A DNA stretch of 64,000 nt, from assembly GCA_012295275.1 (NCBI GenBank), contig CM022667.1:7440001-7504000 (forward strand), given 5' to 3'. The DNA is from Chrysomallon squamiferum (taxonomy: Eukaryota > Animalia > Mollusca). Position 1 is the stretch's first letter. Each line of letters starts with the position of its first letter. This document shows, in pieces, positions 1 through 13,980 of the stretch. A program made the translations under genes and the position numbers. The notes under the pieces were generated by a model. The model did no database searches and was not told the DNA's origin. It worked only from the letters and a program-made list of their open reading frames with translations.

Positions 1-1689
1 TTATTATTGTTTCAGGGAAAATTTTTTATTTTAAAGAGACAGAAATTCATGATGTCTGCATATTTTCAAAGTCATTCATAATTTTATTGACACCTATGTT
101 TTGTAATGTTATTTTACATATATATATATATAACTCTTTATTTTTTTAATTATTATTTTCAAATTTATTTGTTCAGCACTTTTAAACATTTACAGCAAAT
201 CGTTTTTTCTGCATAGCATTAATCACTTTTATAACTTTCATCTTATAATCTTGTACCAGCATTTAGCATCTGCATTTAACAGTAAACCAAAGAATAATTT
301 TCCATAGGCCTGTTTCCTGATCAGGTGTCCAAAATACTATACAGTCACTTTAAATACAGGTTACATTTTGTACTCATTAATGTCTGATAGCAATACACGT
401 ATAATGTAACCTTTTTGTAATCATTTTTAATTTCTTGCAATTTTTAAAAGATTTAATAAAAAAGCTAACACATTTCTTGTTTTGTGTAAGAATGCTTCGT
501 TTTAAGTCATATTCCAAAAATATGTAATCTGATACATATTTAGCTTCCATCTTGTTATATTTTTACCAGTGTACCCTTTTTGATATATATGTATATATCA
601 TATATTTTGCTTTATTATATTTTTAACTGTTACTAGTTTGTATATATATATTTTTTATATTTTGCAAATCTGATAACATATTAAGAAAAAAACAACACAA
701 TGACATTTCAGATGTTTTCAGAAAAGCAAAGAAAACATATTTGATGAGTGAAGAATATAGAAATATATAAACACAAACATATCTGATTTTGAAAGAAAGA
801 ATAGCTGTTAAGTGTCTGTTTTGAGAACTGTTTTTTTTTAACTAACAGCAGAATTGTACATTTCTTGTTTTAAAAAGTAAAAAAAAGAACTGATTTGATT
901 TACCTTCTTTGTTTTTCCTAATTCTTCACATTTGAATATATTTATACATAAATATACAAGTAATTTAAATAATGATAATTTTAATCTTAAAAAGTGGCAT
1001 TATTTATTAATAATGTTTGAAGATATTTTTAAAATAATATTAGTAAGTTTCTATCAAATATTGATGCTGGTATAAATTCACAAGCTTTATCAATTTCTTG
1101 ACAAAATGGTACATTCTTTGATTTTTAAAAAAATGTGTTACCTGTTATTTTATTAGCTTCATGCTTTTATTTATAAGCAATAAAACAGTTTTACTATTCA
1201 TTGTTTTTGTTTTCGTTTTTTTTTTATTAACAGGAGTGTGTTAACTCTTGGTTTCATTATTGTCTGTTTTCACTTTAGATTTTAATAAAATGAAGAAAAC
1301 AACATAGATATGTTAGCATTCCAGCAGGAACATATAACTGTATGTGAATTGAAATGTACTTTGCATGTTAAGTATGCAGACATGGTAAATTTATTTCATG
1401 TTTCATTCCAGTTAAGACAAATTAATATTTTATCTATACCAATAAAAATAGCGTACACCTACAGAACGCAGATGTGGACATTATTATTATTATTATTATT
1501 ATTTAATGAATCTACTTCTAACACCCGCGTCTTAGGGGACTCTGGAGGTCGAAAAGATGGTTTCAAACAAAGTATTTTGTAAAACATAAATATACCTTAT
1601 GCATATTATGAGTTTTATGATGTGCAAAATATGTTTTATTTACATCTATGAAGGAATTCCGTGTGTTTGCAATTGTGTTTTAACAAAGA

Positions 1690-1900
1690 GCCGTGACACT
1701 GATAGTGCCAATGGGTTCTGTTGACTGTTGTGGTGGATGTTCAAAAAAATTGTCTGTGATGTAAGAACACTTCTGTTCCGCCCCACAGGTGTCCGTCCCT
1801 ATAAGACAGGAACCACTGAACCCTATATTCCGCGACCAGGCAATACAAATTATTCTGATTTGTTTGGCTAAGCTTTGTATTTGACACGTAAGGGGAGATA
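1690..1900 (+). promoter_or_regulatory. Putative core promoter / first non-coding exon region of the alpha-arrestin gene
   Basis: Locally CpG-richer stretch with CCAAT (~1708), GC-box-like CCGCCC (~1777), TATA-like CCTATAAG (~1798) and a donor-like GTAAGG at 1888. The arrestin ATG exon is preceded by an acceptor (ttaacttcag, 3030), implying an upstream 5'UTR exon. TSS not demonstrated. Confidence 0.35.
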
Positions 1901-3043
1901 ACTATATTCCGGAAATAAAATGTAATGACAATTGAATTCGAGAAACATATATTATTTTTAGGTGTTTTGCCATCAGGATATTCCAGTAACAGCAAATATG
2001 TATGAGTGGTACGTTTTTTTAATTATTAAACTTATGACAGGTGTTCATTGTTTATGTTAATTAGCAATAAATAATTTTCAGTAACATTGGTATGTCGGTG
2101 ATGTTCTAAGAATTTAAATTGAAGCAAAATTTAATTTTTTATCTTGTCTGTAAAACTTTTAAGCAAAAAGTAAACGTTTGCGCATAATATTTAAATATAT
2201 ACAAAACAGTATTTGTTTCGAAAATTATTTTAAAATATTTCGTCAGTACTATACATAAATATATTGATAAAATATAATCACGATTGTGTATCTTACAATA
2301 ATATTTGTGTATAATCTGATTCATAGTCACTGATAATAAAATTATATAACGCTGTATTTCTTAATGCAGAGTATTTAAATAGTATTAAATGATTCCTTTA
2401 TCATCATGAAATACTATTTGTTAAGAAATTTTAAATTAGGTCACTTTTGTTGTTGTCAATTAAACACCGAATCCATCAGATCTCAGTGAAATTTGATATA
2501 CTAGATGACTTACAGGAAATAACATATCAGTCTCTACGTTTTGAGATGTAGGTCAACAAAATATTGTTAACTAACAAAAAAATACAGTGATATAAGCTTT
2601 TGTAAAAATGCATATTTTTAAAACTTTTCATAAAATACAGTTACAGATGCAAGAGGACAAATTTCAGATGGGACAGATAAACATTTCTAACGAGGAACTT
2701 GTTGATATCTGCACCAGTAGTTACTATTACATAATTAAATAACAGAGTTATGTTACACATTGCCTTTAACTTCTGTACTGACCTCAGACTACTGACTGTA
2801 GTGTTAGGCAGATCATGTGACAAAGGCTCAGCTATGTATCAAAACAGTATCATATATAAACAATATAATTACATCTGTATTTTTCTAAATGATTGTTTTC
2901 TTTGATGCTGATCTTACTTCTTTGCTAATAATAAAATAAGTGTTTTTAATGTTCCAAAATATTTTCAATACCTTTTTTTTTTTATTTGTTTTAATTCTGT
3001 CATAGTGAAATATATCTATTTTAACTTCAGAGTAAAATAAAAA

Positions 3044-3297
3044 ATGAAATTGGAGAAATTTGAAATTGCTTTTGACAATCCCCGAGGTGTGTTCTGTTCT
3101 GGTGAGCAGGTTCGAGGAAATGTCATCATCTCTCTCACGCAGCCTATGAAGATGAGAAGTGAGTTATCAGTTACCAAAATGTTGTATCTAATTTAAAAAG
3201 TTAAAAAAAAAAAAAAAAAATAATAATAATAATTAATGAATATTCTCAAAGTGCCTGTTAACAATATATCAGTCATGTGTGTAACCATCAATTTGCT

Positions 3298-3358
<61 letters not shown>

Positions 3359-6339
3359 CTGTGTAATCTATTGTGCCGTAGAACTGACTTACCAGTTAGA
3401 AAGCTATGTCACTTTTTTTTGTGTTCAATTTCAGAAATTTCCTTGTACTTTGAAGGCCGTTCAAAGTCACATTGGGAAGTTAAACATGGACGCAGTAAAA
3501 CAGATTACAGAGCAAATGAACCTTACATTCATCATGTGATGCTCTTGTTTGGAAGAGGTAAAAAGGAACTTTGCATTTACTCTGTAAAATCCCACAAGAA
3601 AAAAAATGTTAATAATTCTTACCTGTAATAGTTTCTATTTGTTTACAGATGAATCCAGTCAAGAACATCCTGCTGGTTATCATACATACCCATTTGCTTT
3701 GATGTTGTCACCAAACTTACCTTCTTCATTTGAGGGTCGCCGTGGTTACGTCAGATACTTCTGCAAGGCAACTATTAACCGACCATGGAAATTTGATGAG
3801 CACACAAAAAGAGCTTTCACAGTAATCCACCATCTGGATTTAAATTTCATGCCTGAAGCAATGGTAATAAAATTTGTTGACATCTTTTAGTTCAAATTAC
3901 TGCTTTTATCCAAGTCTGTATACATCATCACACTTTATTCTTAGTAAACAGACTGGCTTGGAGGAACAAATAAAACAGTAAGGAATTATATATATATTTG
4001 TTTTCAGATAAATATAGTTTTTATAACAGTCAGTGGAGATATCTTGTTTTTTGCAGATGCCGATAGTTGCTGAGCAGGAGCAGGCAATTGAAGGATTCTG
4101 TTGTTCTGCTGGGTCAGTGTCTGCACGACTACAACTTCCAAAGACAGGCTACGTTCCAGGTGAACCCTTAGCTTACAGCGTCGCTGTGTACAACAGATCT
4201 GACAACAAAGTTGACAAAATACAGCTAGAGTTAAAACAGGTCAGTGAGCACATCATTTACATTTTTAAATCTTTACATTGAGTAATATATATATTTATTG
4301 AATTACTTACATATTTATTCAGTGCATTGAGATGTTTACATATCTAATGTATTCACTTAGATATTTACTTTGATATATACACTAAGTTATTTACATAATT
4401 TATTGAATACACTGAATCATTTACATATTTATTTAATACACTGAATAATTAACATATTTTTTGAATACTTTGATGTTTATGTTATGAAATAATGATGTTT
4501 GATAATGAATTAAACTGTAACTAATTTTGTTAACAGATAGTTAACTACACAGGCTATTCTGACAGCTTATTTTCGTCTGGTCATCCGAAACAGCACACGA
4601 AGGTTGACCAGATTTCTCTCTACACACACCCATGTAATGTGAAGAAACACTCAGAGGAGCACCTCAGCCAGATCGCCACCATTCCAGCTCTGCCTCCTTC
4701 AAAACTGGAGGGCTGCAGCATCATCGACATTACATACATCTTGTCTGTGAGTTTTTTACAAGTAACGTTTACTTATTTCTTGTCTGTGAGTTTTTCACAA
4801 GTAACTTTTACTTATTTCTTGTCTGTGAGTTTTTTACAAGTAACATTTACTTATTTCTTGTCTGTAAGTTTTTTTACAAGTAACGTTTACTAATTTCTTG
4901 CTGTGAGTTTTTTCACAAGTAACTTTTAGTTATTTCTTGTCTGAGAGTTTTTTTACAAGTAACTTTTAGTTATTTCTTGTCTGTGAGTTTTTTACAAGTA
5001 ACGTTTACTTATTTTATGTCTGTGAGTTTTTTACAAGTAACTTTGACATTTCTTACTTGTCTGTAATTTTTCTTACAAATAACTTTGAAATATTTGTTTA
5101 CATATTTCTGATAATGATAATATGCTGGGAGACATGTCTTTTTAAATTTTAAATGTAAATATGTGTCTGTTATTTTGTGTTTGTACAAGTTTTGTCAGAT
5201 GTGTTGAAGTCAAAGAATGTACAATGTGCAAATCCTTGGTTTTCATTGATGTTTTATTTATTTTAATTTTGACACTTCTTGTGTGAAGTTGAACATCAGT
5301 GTGGGTTGGACGAGTTTTACCGTGGAGAGGATGATCATCATTGGAACTATTCCTATACAGCAGATTCCTCTAGTGCCTTCCTCTGAACCCTCAGCACCTC
5401 CATTAGAACCACCAGAATATTCAGAACGTGTGTATCACCCTTAATTCAAACAAAAAACATATTTACTTACAATCAGATATATATTGCATGGTCACTGAAA
5501 AATACAGAATCCATAAAATAGAAATAAATTTAAAAGTAAAAAATATGTTCATTATTTTTAAGTTACATACTAGAACTGTTTGACATCACAATACAGTTTA
5601 TTGTTATACAAGAGTTGATATTAATGTTATCTAGTACAAGAGTTAATATTAATGTTATCTAACTCTAGAGTTAATGTTATCTAACACAAGAGTTGATATT
5701 AATGTTATGTAACACTAGAGTTGATATTAATATTAATATTATCTAACACTAGAGTTAATATTAATGTTATCTAACACTAAAGTTGATATTAATGTTATCT
5801 AACACGAGTTGATATTAATGATATCTAACACTAGAGTTGATATTAATGTTATCTAGTACAAGAGTTGATAGTAATGTTATCTAATATGAGAGTTGATATT
5901 ATCTAATACAGCAATTGATGTTAATGTTATCTAAAACTTGAGTTGATATTAATGTTATCTAAAACTTGAGTTGATATTAATGTTATCTAACACTAGAGTT
6001 GATATTAATGTTATCTAGTACAAGAGTTGATAGTAATGTTATCTAACACTAGAGTTGATATTAATGTTATCTAACACTAGAGTTGATATTAATGTTATCT
6101 AACACTAGAGTTGATATTAATGTTATCTAACACTAGAGTTGATATTAATATTATTTCTGTATTTAGCTCCACCATCGTATGAGGAGAGTTTTCTACACGT
6201 TGCTATGGGAGATGAGGTGGAGGAGGCTCACACAACTGGAGGTATGGCCAACTGGACCCCGTCGTACATCTACTACAACTGGAACCAGCCCACTCAGCCT
6301 GTCCCCTCCATTCCTCCACCTGCCTACAACCAGCTTTGA
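3044..6339 (+). CDS. Alpha-arrestin / arrestin domain-containing protein (ARRDC family), 7 coding exons, 385 aa
   Basis: Exons 3044-3158, 3435-3557, 3649-3863, 4057-4239, 4537-4746, 5289-5427, 6167-6339 join in frame through GT-AG introns (1158 nt). Translation has alpha-arrestin hallmarks: MKLEKFEIAFDNPRGVFCSGEQVRGNV, GYHTYPFALMLSPNLPSSFEGRRGYVRY..KATINRPWKFD, LPKTGYVPGEPL, IPALPPSKLEGCSIIDITYIL, IIIGTIP, then a Pro-rich tail with PSAP, PPEY, PPSY and PPAY. Paralogue identity cannot be assigned. Confidence 0.93.
3299..3357. repeat. (CA)n microsatellite in arrestin intron 1
   Basis: Pure AC dinucleotide run. Confidence 0.97.
4741..5090 (+). repeat. 39-40 bp tandem repeat containing the exon-5 splice donor of the arrestin gene (~8-9 copies)
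   Basis: Unit TTGTCTGTGAGTTTTTTACAAGTAACGTTTACTTATTTC. The first copy overlaps the last 6 nt of exon 5 and the true donor (GT at 4747). Confidence 0.92.
5610..6150. repeat. 28-bp minisatellite (~19 copies) in arrestin intron 6
   Basis: Unit AGAGTTGATATTAATGTTATCTAACACT, running up to the polypyrimidine tract of the last exon. Confidence 0.95.
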
Positions 6340-6661
6340 GTTTCACTTCCACTATACAATGTGAAATTAGTTACAACTTAAATTATCCTTTTCTGTCTCT
6401 GTCTGTGTTCAGAAAATTCTTCTGGTCAGAGAATTAAGAAGAAAATTGATTTCAAACAGTGTCCGTGAGATGTGTTTAAAAATAATATTTTAAAATCTGT
6501 GGACATGCTTACTGTTTGTCTAACGTATTTGTTAGATGTTATTTCTTTTGCTTGCAGACTAAAAAAATACAAAATATTATAATCATGCTTGGAAAGTTTT
6601 GCATAAAAGTGCTCATCCTGGATTTTCTGGCAAATTCATCATGTTTTCTCACTTTTACTTT

Positions 6662-6692
<31 letters not shown>

Positions 6693-8209
6693 GCGCGTGT
6701 GCCCACATGTGTACATATGATTATGTATCAAACACATTTTTGGGGCAATATCCTGTGCTATATCTTTCAGTTTTTTCACACAGTACTTCAAACATTTGTT
6801 GTTAGTTTGGGAAATTTATTATTATTTCTTGTCAAGTGAATGTTTATGAAATTTATGCTTTAAAGAAGTAAATAAGAAATTTATTATTTTCTTGTGTACC
6901 TTTTCCCTTAGATTACTATTCATGGGGAATTAGAAAATATTAATGCAACAATCATGGTAAGTGTGTATGTTTTCTTTATAAGTTCATCATTCACTTTTTA
7001 TTGTGTTTCTTCAACTGATTTGTCTAGTTTAACTTTTTTATTTTATAGAATCAGATTTATTATGTTTAAGAAACCAAATCCCCGCTTTCTTTCTTGTTTT
7101 CTTTCAACATATGATTGACTGTTGCTGTGATAAAATTTTTGCCTTGTTGGAAATATTTTTAAATAGTACTGTTTTACACAAATTTAGATAAATATTTTTG
7201 GAACGTAGGGATGGTTTCTACTGTATTAAACATACTGAAGCAGTTTTAGATAAAATTTCTTTTCGTATTGTTTATTGCTTTTACTAATCATTCTGGTAAA
7301 AAACAAAGAAGTGTGGCATGCATAATTTGCAGACATGCAAACACACATACACAAGCAGAGATTATTTTTGCTTGTTTTGATTATTCATTGTTTTTCTGTT
7401 TTATTTGCATGTTTCAGTATGCTTCTGTTGTTAGAAAACATAGAACAGTCAGTAACAGTTACAGTCTGGAATAAGAAACACTGGATTAAAACTATAAAAA
7501 TAAACCTGCACAACAACAACAAAAGTTGTTCTAAATTTTAGGTGTGCAGGAATTCCAACAGAGACTACATCAGTTGTCCAGTTGAAGTTTAGACTTTCTG
7601 TAAAAAATGTCTGAGTTTTTCTTAAATTGTAAAATAATCACAGGATAATGTACTACTCTTTATTAGCTGCATTCTGATTATGTTTTATCTATAGGTATTT
7701 TATTATTTTCAATGTATTTTTTAATATAAAAATATTTTCTATAAACAAAATGAAAAGATTTTTTTTATTATTATTTGATTTTTCATTGTAAGAGAAATGA
7801 AGATAACTGAATATTGACTGAGACTTTTTTAGTATTCTATTTTGTTCAAAACTAATCTGTTAAAATATCCATGACCCTGCACTACCTTTTATATCTCATT
7901 TTTACACATTTCATTTTTATTTCTTATTTCTTATTACTTTTTTTGTTACGTGCATTTTCTTCTTCTTTAAAATAACATAATACTGAATTTGTTTTGTGGT
8001 GATCATATTTACAATTTGTTGGTCTCAAGTATGAATTTGTAAAGTTGTAGCTGCTGAAATTTTGTCATTACAAATACAAAATAGTTATCTGTCACAGATA
8101 GTTTCTGTGATACAAGTTGTATTATTTTCTCTTGTGCATTTTGTAATTCTTTATTTTTAACATTATGTCAATATGTAGGGAATATGAATCATTAATTGTG
8201 ATGAATTAA

Positions 8210-8211
<2 letters not shown>

Positions 8212-8242
<31 letters not shown>

Positions 8243-8300
8243 GATCATCATCATTACTACTGTTATTATTATTATTTTCATCATTATCATTATTATTACC

Positions 8301-8341
<41 letters not shown>
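8212..8341. repeat. (ATT)n imperfect trinucleotide microsatellite
   Basis: ATT runs interrupted by ATC/ACT/GTT variants. Confidence 0.9.
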
Positions 8342-8342
<1 letters not shown>

Positions 8343-10432
8343 TAAACTTCAGCTGATTATTAAATTTGAGCACATTGTTTTGAAGCTTGGACTGAACATG
8401 ACATTATTTATTTTTTGAAAAATATGTTAAAAAAATATGTCATCATGTCTCAGAATGAAGGTATCATGAAGCTGGAGATTTTGATGTTTGTAAATAGTTT
8501 TGTTTGTACTCATACACCTCAGTGACAGTGTAAAACATCTTATAGTAATAGATACTTTTTACTCAGCATATTTAACAGGTTTTGTATTACTGCTGTGTAA
8601 ATACAAAATAAACTCCCTGATCTCTTCTCACCTGTAATTGGTCATCATGTGCAGAATATGCAGTGCGTACTCATGAGTTGAAATATTTTTATACAATGTC
8701 TAAAATAAGTACACTGGTTATTTGGTTATTGCCAGAAATTAACAATCTTGTAAAAACAATCAGTAAAGATTTTTTTTTTTTTTTTTTTTTTTTAATTATC
8801 CTTATAAGGTTATTCAGTAATAATACATGTATTTAAAAATATTTTGTGTGTTTGTTAGAAAGAATGATTCATAATGTGCAGTTTCATTTACCTTTTTATA
8901 GATTTTGTGAAATGTTAGTGTATGTTTATATATATAAACATACACTGTGTTAACATAATTGATAGAAAAAACTGATTTTAAAATGGTGTCTTGTTAAAAC
9001 AATCATTTTTTAATATTCATTTTCAAATTCTGAAGATTCCAGATCATGGAAAGAAAATACCTCAAGAAATTAATATTTCATTTTTGTTTAATTTGGAAAA
9101 ATTAATTATGTAACATTCTGATACATCCTTATGTTTTATTGTTTATTATTAGTATTATTTTTCAGTTTTCCAGTTGTCCTTTCTGTTTCCATAGAATTGT
9201 CTCATTTTCTGATTGTTAAAAATGATATTAATGTCCAGTTAAGTTGAACTGCATCAGAGTTATATATGTAATATTTTGAAATTAACTGTGGTTAATTTGA
9301 CAGATTCATTATTTGTGTTTGCCAATTATATTGCTCAGTTCTGTTTCTTTCCAATGTGTATTCCAGTAATTGTGTTTGTAAATATGTTTGATTTCTTACT
9401 GTGCTTTTTGTTAAATAGAAGATTACTTTAAACAATTTTGTGATAGTCTTTCAGTAATACAGAGACTTGTAACAGTCTGAATATGCATGAATTCCTTGCT
9501 TTATGTACATAAAATGTATGTATATGTCATAGATTACCGTTTTATAAATTATTTTTGTTTTGTAAATAGATTTTTTTGTTTTGTTCTTGTTTTTAAACAA
9601 GTTTGAAAAGCAGTTTATTACAAAGTTAATAAAAAATTATAATACTGCAATTTATAAAAGTCCTATGTAGAAGTTTATAAAATAATGTGAAGTAGTACTG
9701 AATATTAACCATGCATTGCTTGTTACAGAAACATGAGCTCTTACGTCGTATAAACTATGTCAAGTTGACTGCAACAAATTAACTGTGGAAATAAGCTATT
9801 TCCTTTACAGTAGAGTTTTAGCTGTGAATTGGTGGTGTTCTCCACACAAAACTAATAATATATTAATGAAAATTATGTAACAGAATTTAAAACTTGGAGA
9901 AAGAGGATAAATATTTAAAACAAGCTTCACGTTGCAGTTATTAAATTATTATGAGAGAATGTATATTTAATAATCACAGTAATCAACAAATAACAAGTTT
10001 GTATCAGTGTATTTTAAATTTAAAAAGTTTGAAATGTGAAGTAAAAGATTTTCTAGTTAAAAATCAAATTAGAGATAATACAAGTGTATCCTGGAATTTC
10101 AGTTTCACAAATCGATGTATAAAACTTTTAATGTTTCTTTGGGTTTTTTTTTTAAAGATAGTTTTAATGGCTGATTTTATGTGAAGTTCAGTTTGAAAAG
10201 TTTTATAAATTAATTTTTCAGAAACTGCTAAATTGATGTTTATGTCAATATTGGCCAAAATTGAAAACTGTAATTTGGAATTGGATTGTCTTGTAAATAG
10301 TATATGCATTGATTTGTGAACTTTTTAAAACATTTTAAAATATTCTTAACAGCGTTTTTTTCATTTCGGTCTTAAGCATATTTATGGAAAATTTAATACA
10401 AAATGCTTAACATTTGTGTCTTTTAATTTTTT

Positions 10433-10463
<31 letters not shown>

Positions 10464-13400
10464 ATTGATAATATAATTTTTCTATTATTCTCATTATTGA
10501 TACTCAATAAGACATTATTATAAACTAGTTAATAATTTAACAGGTAAATTAAAAATAATTCAAATTGAAGATGTATTTGGTAATAAAATGAAGATAAAAT
10601 TTCATCAATAAATATTTGAATATTACTAAGTCAGTACAAAAAACATTCTAATAAAAGATACATAAAAGTTATTAAAAGTTAATTTTTAATAATTCACTGA
10701 AAAAAAAATTGAAAAAGAAACTTAATAAAATGTAGAATGTTTTCATCATTTGCTAGATCTCTGAAATGCTTACAAGATTATTTTTTATTAAATTTTTTAA
10801 ACATTGTTTTATTATTATTTATTTTTTAATGAAGACTTACAAAGTAATAATTTGTTTATTAAAATCACACATTTATATTAATGGTGCATTTTTACTTTTG
10901 TCGATTCATATTTTATCATTTTGTGAAATAAAGCAATTTTTACAGCATTTTGTTTCTATTTATGAAGTTTTGAGATTGATTTTTACCACCATGGTTGACA
11001 TCTGTCTGAACTATCAGTTACAAGAAATGCATTTACATGAGGAAAAAAGTCATTTTAGATGTTCAAACTTTGTTTTGGACCTTAACATAGTTAATTAGTG
11101 TGACAATGAAATATAACCATAATGTATGGAAATGTAAAAAAAGATTTAAGCATGTTGCAGTTATTTACTCAATCCATCTATAATTTTATGTAAGAAATAA
11201 AAAAAAAGGGATATTAATATAATTATATGTGTGCCTTTCTATACACTTCATTAGTAATGAAGGTCACAAAAGTCACCTTAAGAATTGGAACTGGCAGTTT
11301 GCTCAAAGGATCAGTATGAGTATGTTTAAATACAAAACTTTCTGAAACATTTCTTAATTCCTTTTTGGGCTCCTGTGATCCATTATTTTATTTTTTTTAA
11401 TAAAACATTCCACAACAGTGTAAACAGTTTGGCTTTACAAAACACATCTAGTGTAAGACAAAAAACTGCAAATTTTCTTGTCACCAAAGGGGATATAAAT
11501 CACTTATATGCAGAATACATATTTCAGTATTAAAAAGATCTAAGTGTGTTCTATTAATATATGATTTCAAGATTTGAAATAAAAACAAAAAACTGATTGA
11601 GCTAGTATAAAAACTTTTATTACTGTTGTTAACTAGTTGTTGGGTAGAAATCCTCACTTGTAACAAAATACTGAACAAATGGACATATTAAAATATAGTG
11701 TGTTTAAAACAGACTGGTAAAGGAGAATTCTCACTGTAAGACACTCAAAGTATTTCTCAACAATGTTGTTATCATTCAGTGGATATCAGTATGTCACTTA
11801 ATAATTTTGATCACCAACTCAGTAAATAATGAAGCAAGGTTGTCCATCACATGTAAAAATTTACAATAGATAAAAATTTTGAAAATTCTATACTTTGATT
11901 AGTTTTCTTTGAAAAATAAGTATAAAAATGCATATGAAATGCACAAACACCAGATAAATGTGCTGCAGCCATTCTGCTTGATGTTGGTAATTTTGAACAA
12001 GATGTTAAACTTGTATTAACATCAATTTGATAATGCAAAATCTTTTGTGATGAACATTCATGCTAAATATTGATAATTAAGTAAAGACAGAGATAATGAA
12101 AAATTGTGGAAATTTAAAAAAATAAGATATGGACAATGAAATGTGAGACTAGAATATATTAATAAAGAAAACACATATCAAATAAAAACTGCCAAACGTA
12201 TCTTAGCACTGATTTCTTTTTTCTGTAAATAAATCTGCTGCCTGAGTTCAAATGTAAAGTTACAGTTAACTTGGTCCTCATCAACATTTATTCAACACGG
12301 AATGGTGGGATTAGAATGTAACAATAATGATTTAATCATATTTTTCCCACGTTTGTACTGACAATTCATAGACACTAGCAATTTGTATCAAAAAATGCTA
12401 TTTGGTTTTTAGAAAGAAAAAATAATACATACATTTGTACAGACATATCCTGAGAAAAAATGAAAAAGTAGTTGTTTTTGTTTACAAAAGAATATATAAA
12501 AAAGAAATTACACCAATTACATGGTGACATGATGCATTAAAACAAATAACATGATTCAAAACTGTGAAATCTTTAGCTCAATGTATCTCTGTCCCAACAT
12601 GACTAAAACTGAAAATAGCAACAATAAAATAAGTAAACACAAGTTTAACATTGTGATCTGAAAAACTGTTACCCTATTCCTCACATACAAAGTTTTTCTT
12701 AAAAAAAGGTCTTTCACTTATAACAGCATGTCTTTATTTTTGTTGTGTGGTACTGGTGCATAGATTTAATATGATCAAAGTCCAAGGGACATCCAGCTGA
12801 CTTACTTTATATGTGAGGTACTTTGGTAAAAATAATTTCACATTAATACATCAAAAAGTGTCTAGTCTAAGTTAGCAAAGTGATAATTCCAGACATTTCT
12901 TAACAAGATCATTTTAATGGAAGAATCATAATTTGATCAAAGCAAATCTTTTTCTTTTTCTAAAAGCATAGAATCAGTATCATCTAGCGCAGATGTATAT
13001 TCTATTAAAACAAAAAAAACAAAAATAAGCACTATGGAAATCAGAGAATGTCTGACCTGTTTGGCTCTGCTAACACCAAACTCTAATACCTTCATTACTA
13101 GCCTACAGTTTAGCTTTTTTCAAGTAAGTGTTTAAACATGATTATAATTAGGTTTTTTCCTCTAAAACAGCTTACAGAATGTTTTTTTAAAACACTTTCA
13201 ACCAGAATACAGAAATGCTATTTTAGAACTCTTTCAAACAGAATAATACAGAATGGCTGTAATCTGTCAGTAACTGAAATATCAAATACACTACTGTGTG
13301 ACTGATTTGTAATATCAGACTAAACAACAGTGGCAGTTCTGAGTTGAGTGTTAGAAAATACAAATGAGCTTATAAAAACAGTACATAGTGAATGTTAACA

Positions 13401-13980
13401 AATGAATGAATATGCAATAAAAACACAATTTAAAGAAAAACTGTCATCTCGGTGAACTTTAACACTGTGACATCTATACATTTAATTCACCATTATCAAA
13501 AATTAAAAATCAGTAATATATATATATATATATATATATATTTAAATTTATTTTTTATAACAGTAAAATTAAGTACATGTTAAGTTTTAAAATAATAGTA
13601 TTTTCAGTAACAAGTTCAAACTGTTTGGCCTGGATCAATTTACAGTTTTTAATATTTTCTTTATTTATAAACATACATTTTTTAACATTTCTTTTAACCA
13701 ACAAACATTTTAATTAAAAAAATCTGTCCCTTCATAATACTGATGTCACAATTTATTTTAAAAAGATGTAGAAAAATATTGGTAAATTAAATAAGTCAGT
13801 TCAGAAAGGTTACTTGTTACACAATTTGAAGTTGATATTTATTCTCAGTAACCCGTTCAAAGAAAACATTATTGCTTATTAAAATATATTCATTCACCCA
13901 GTGAACTGCCATGAGTTCAGTTTAAATGCTGGAACAATACAAACGTTTATAATAAAAGTTATGAAAAATAATTATAATTT

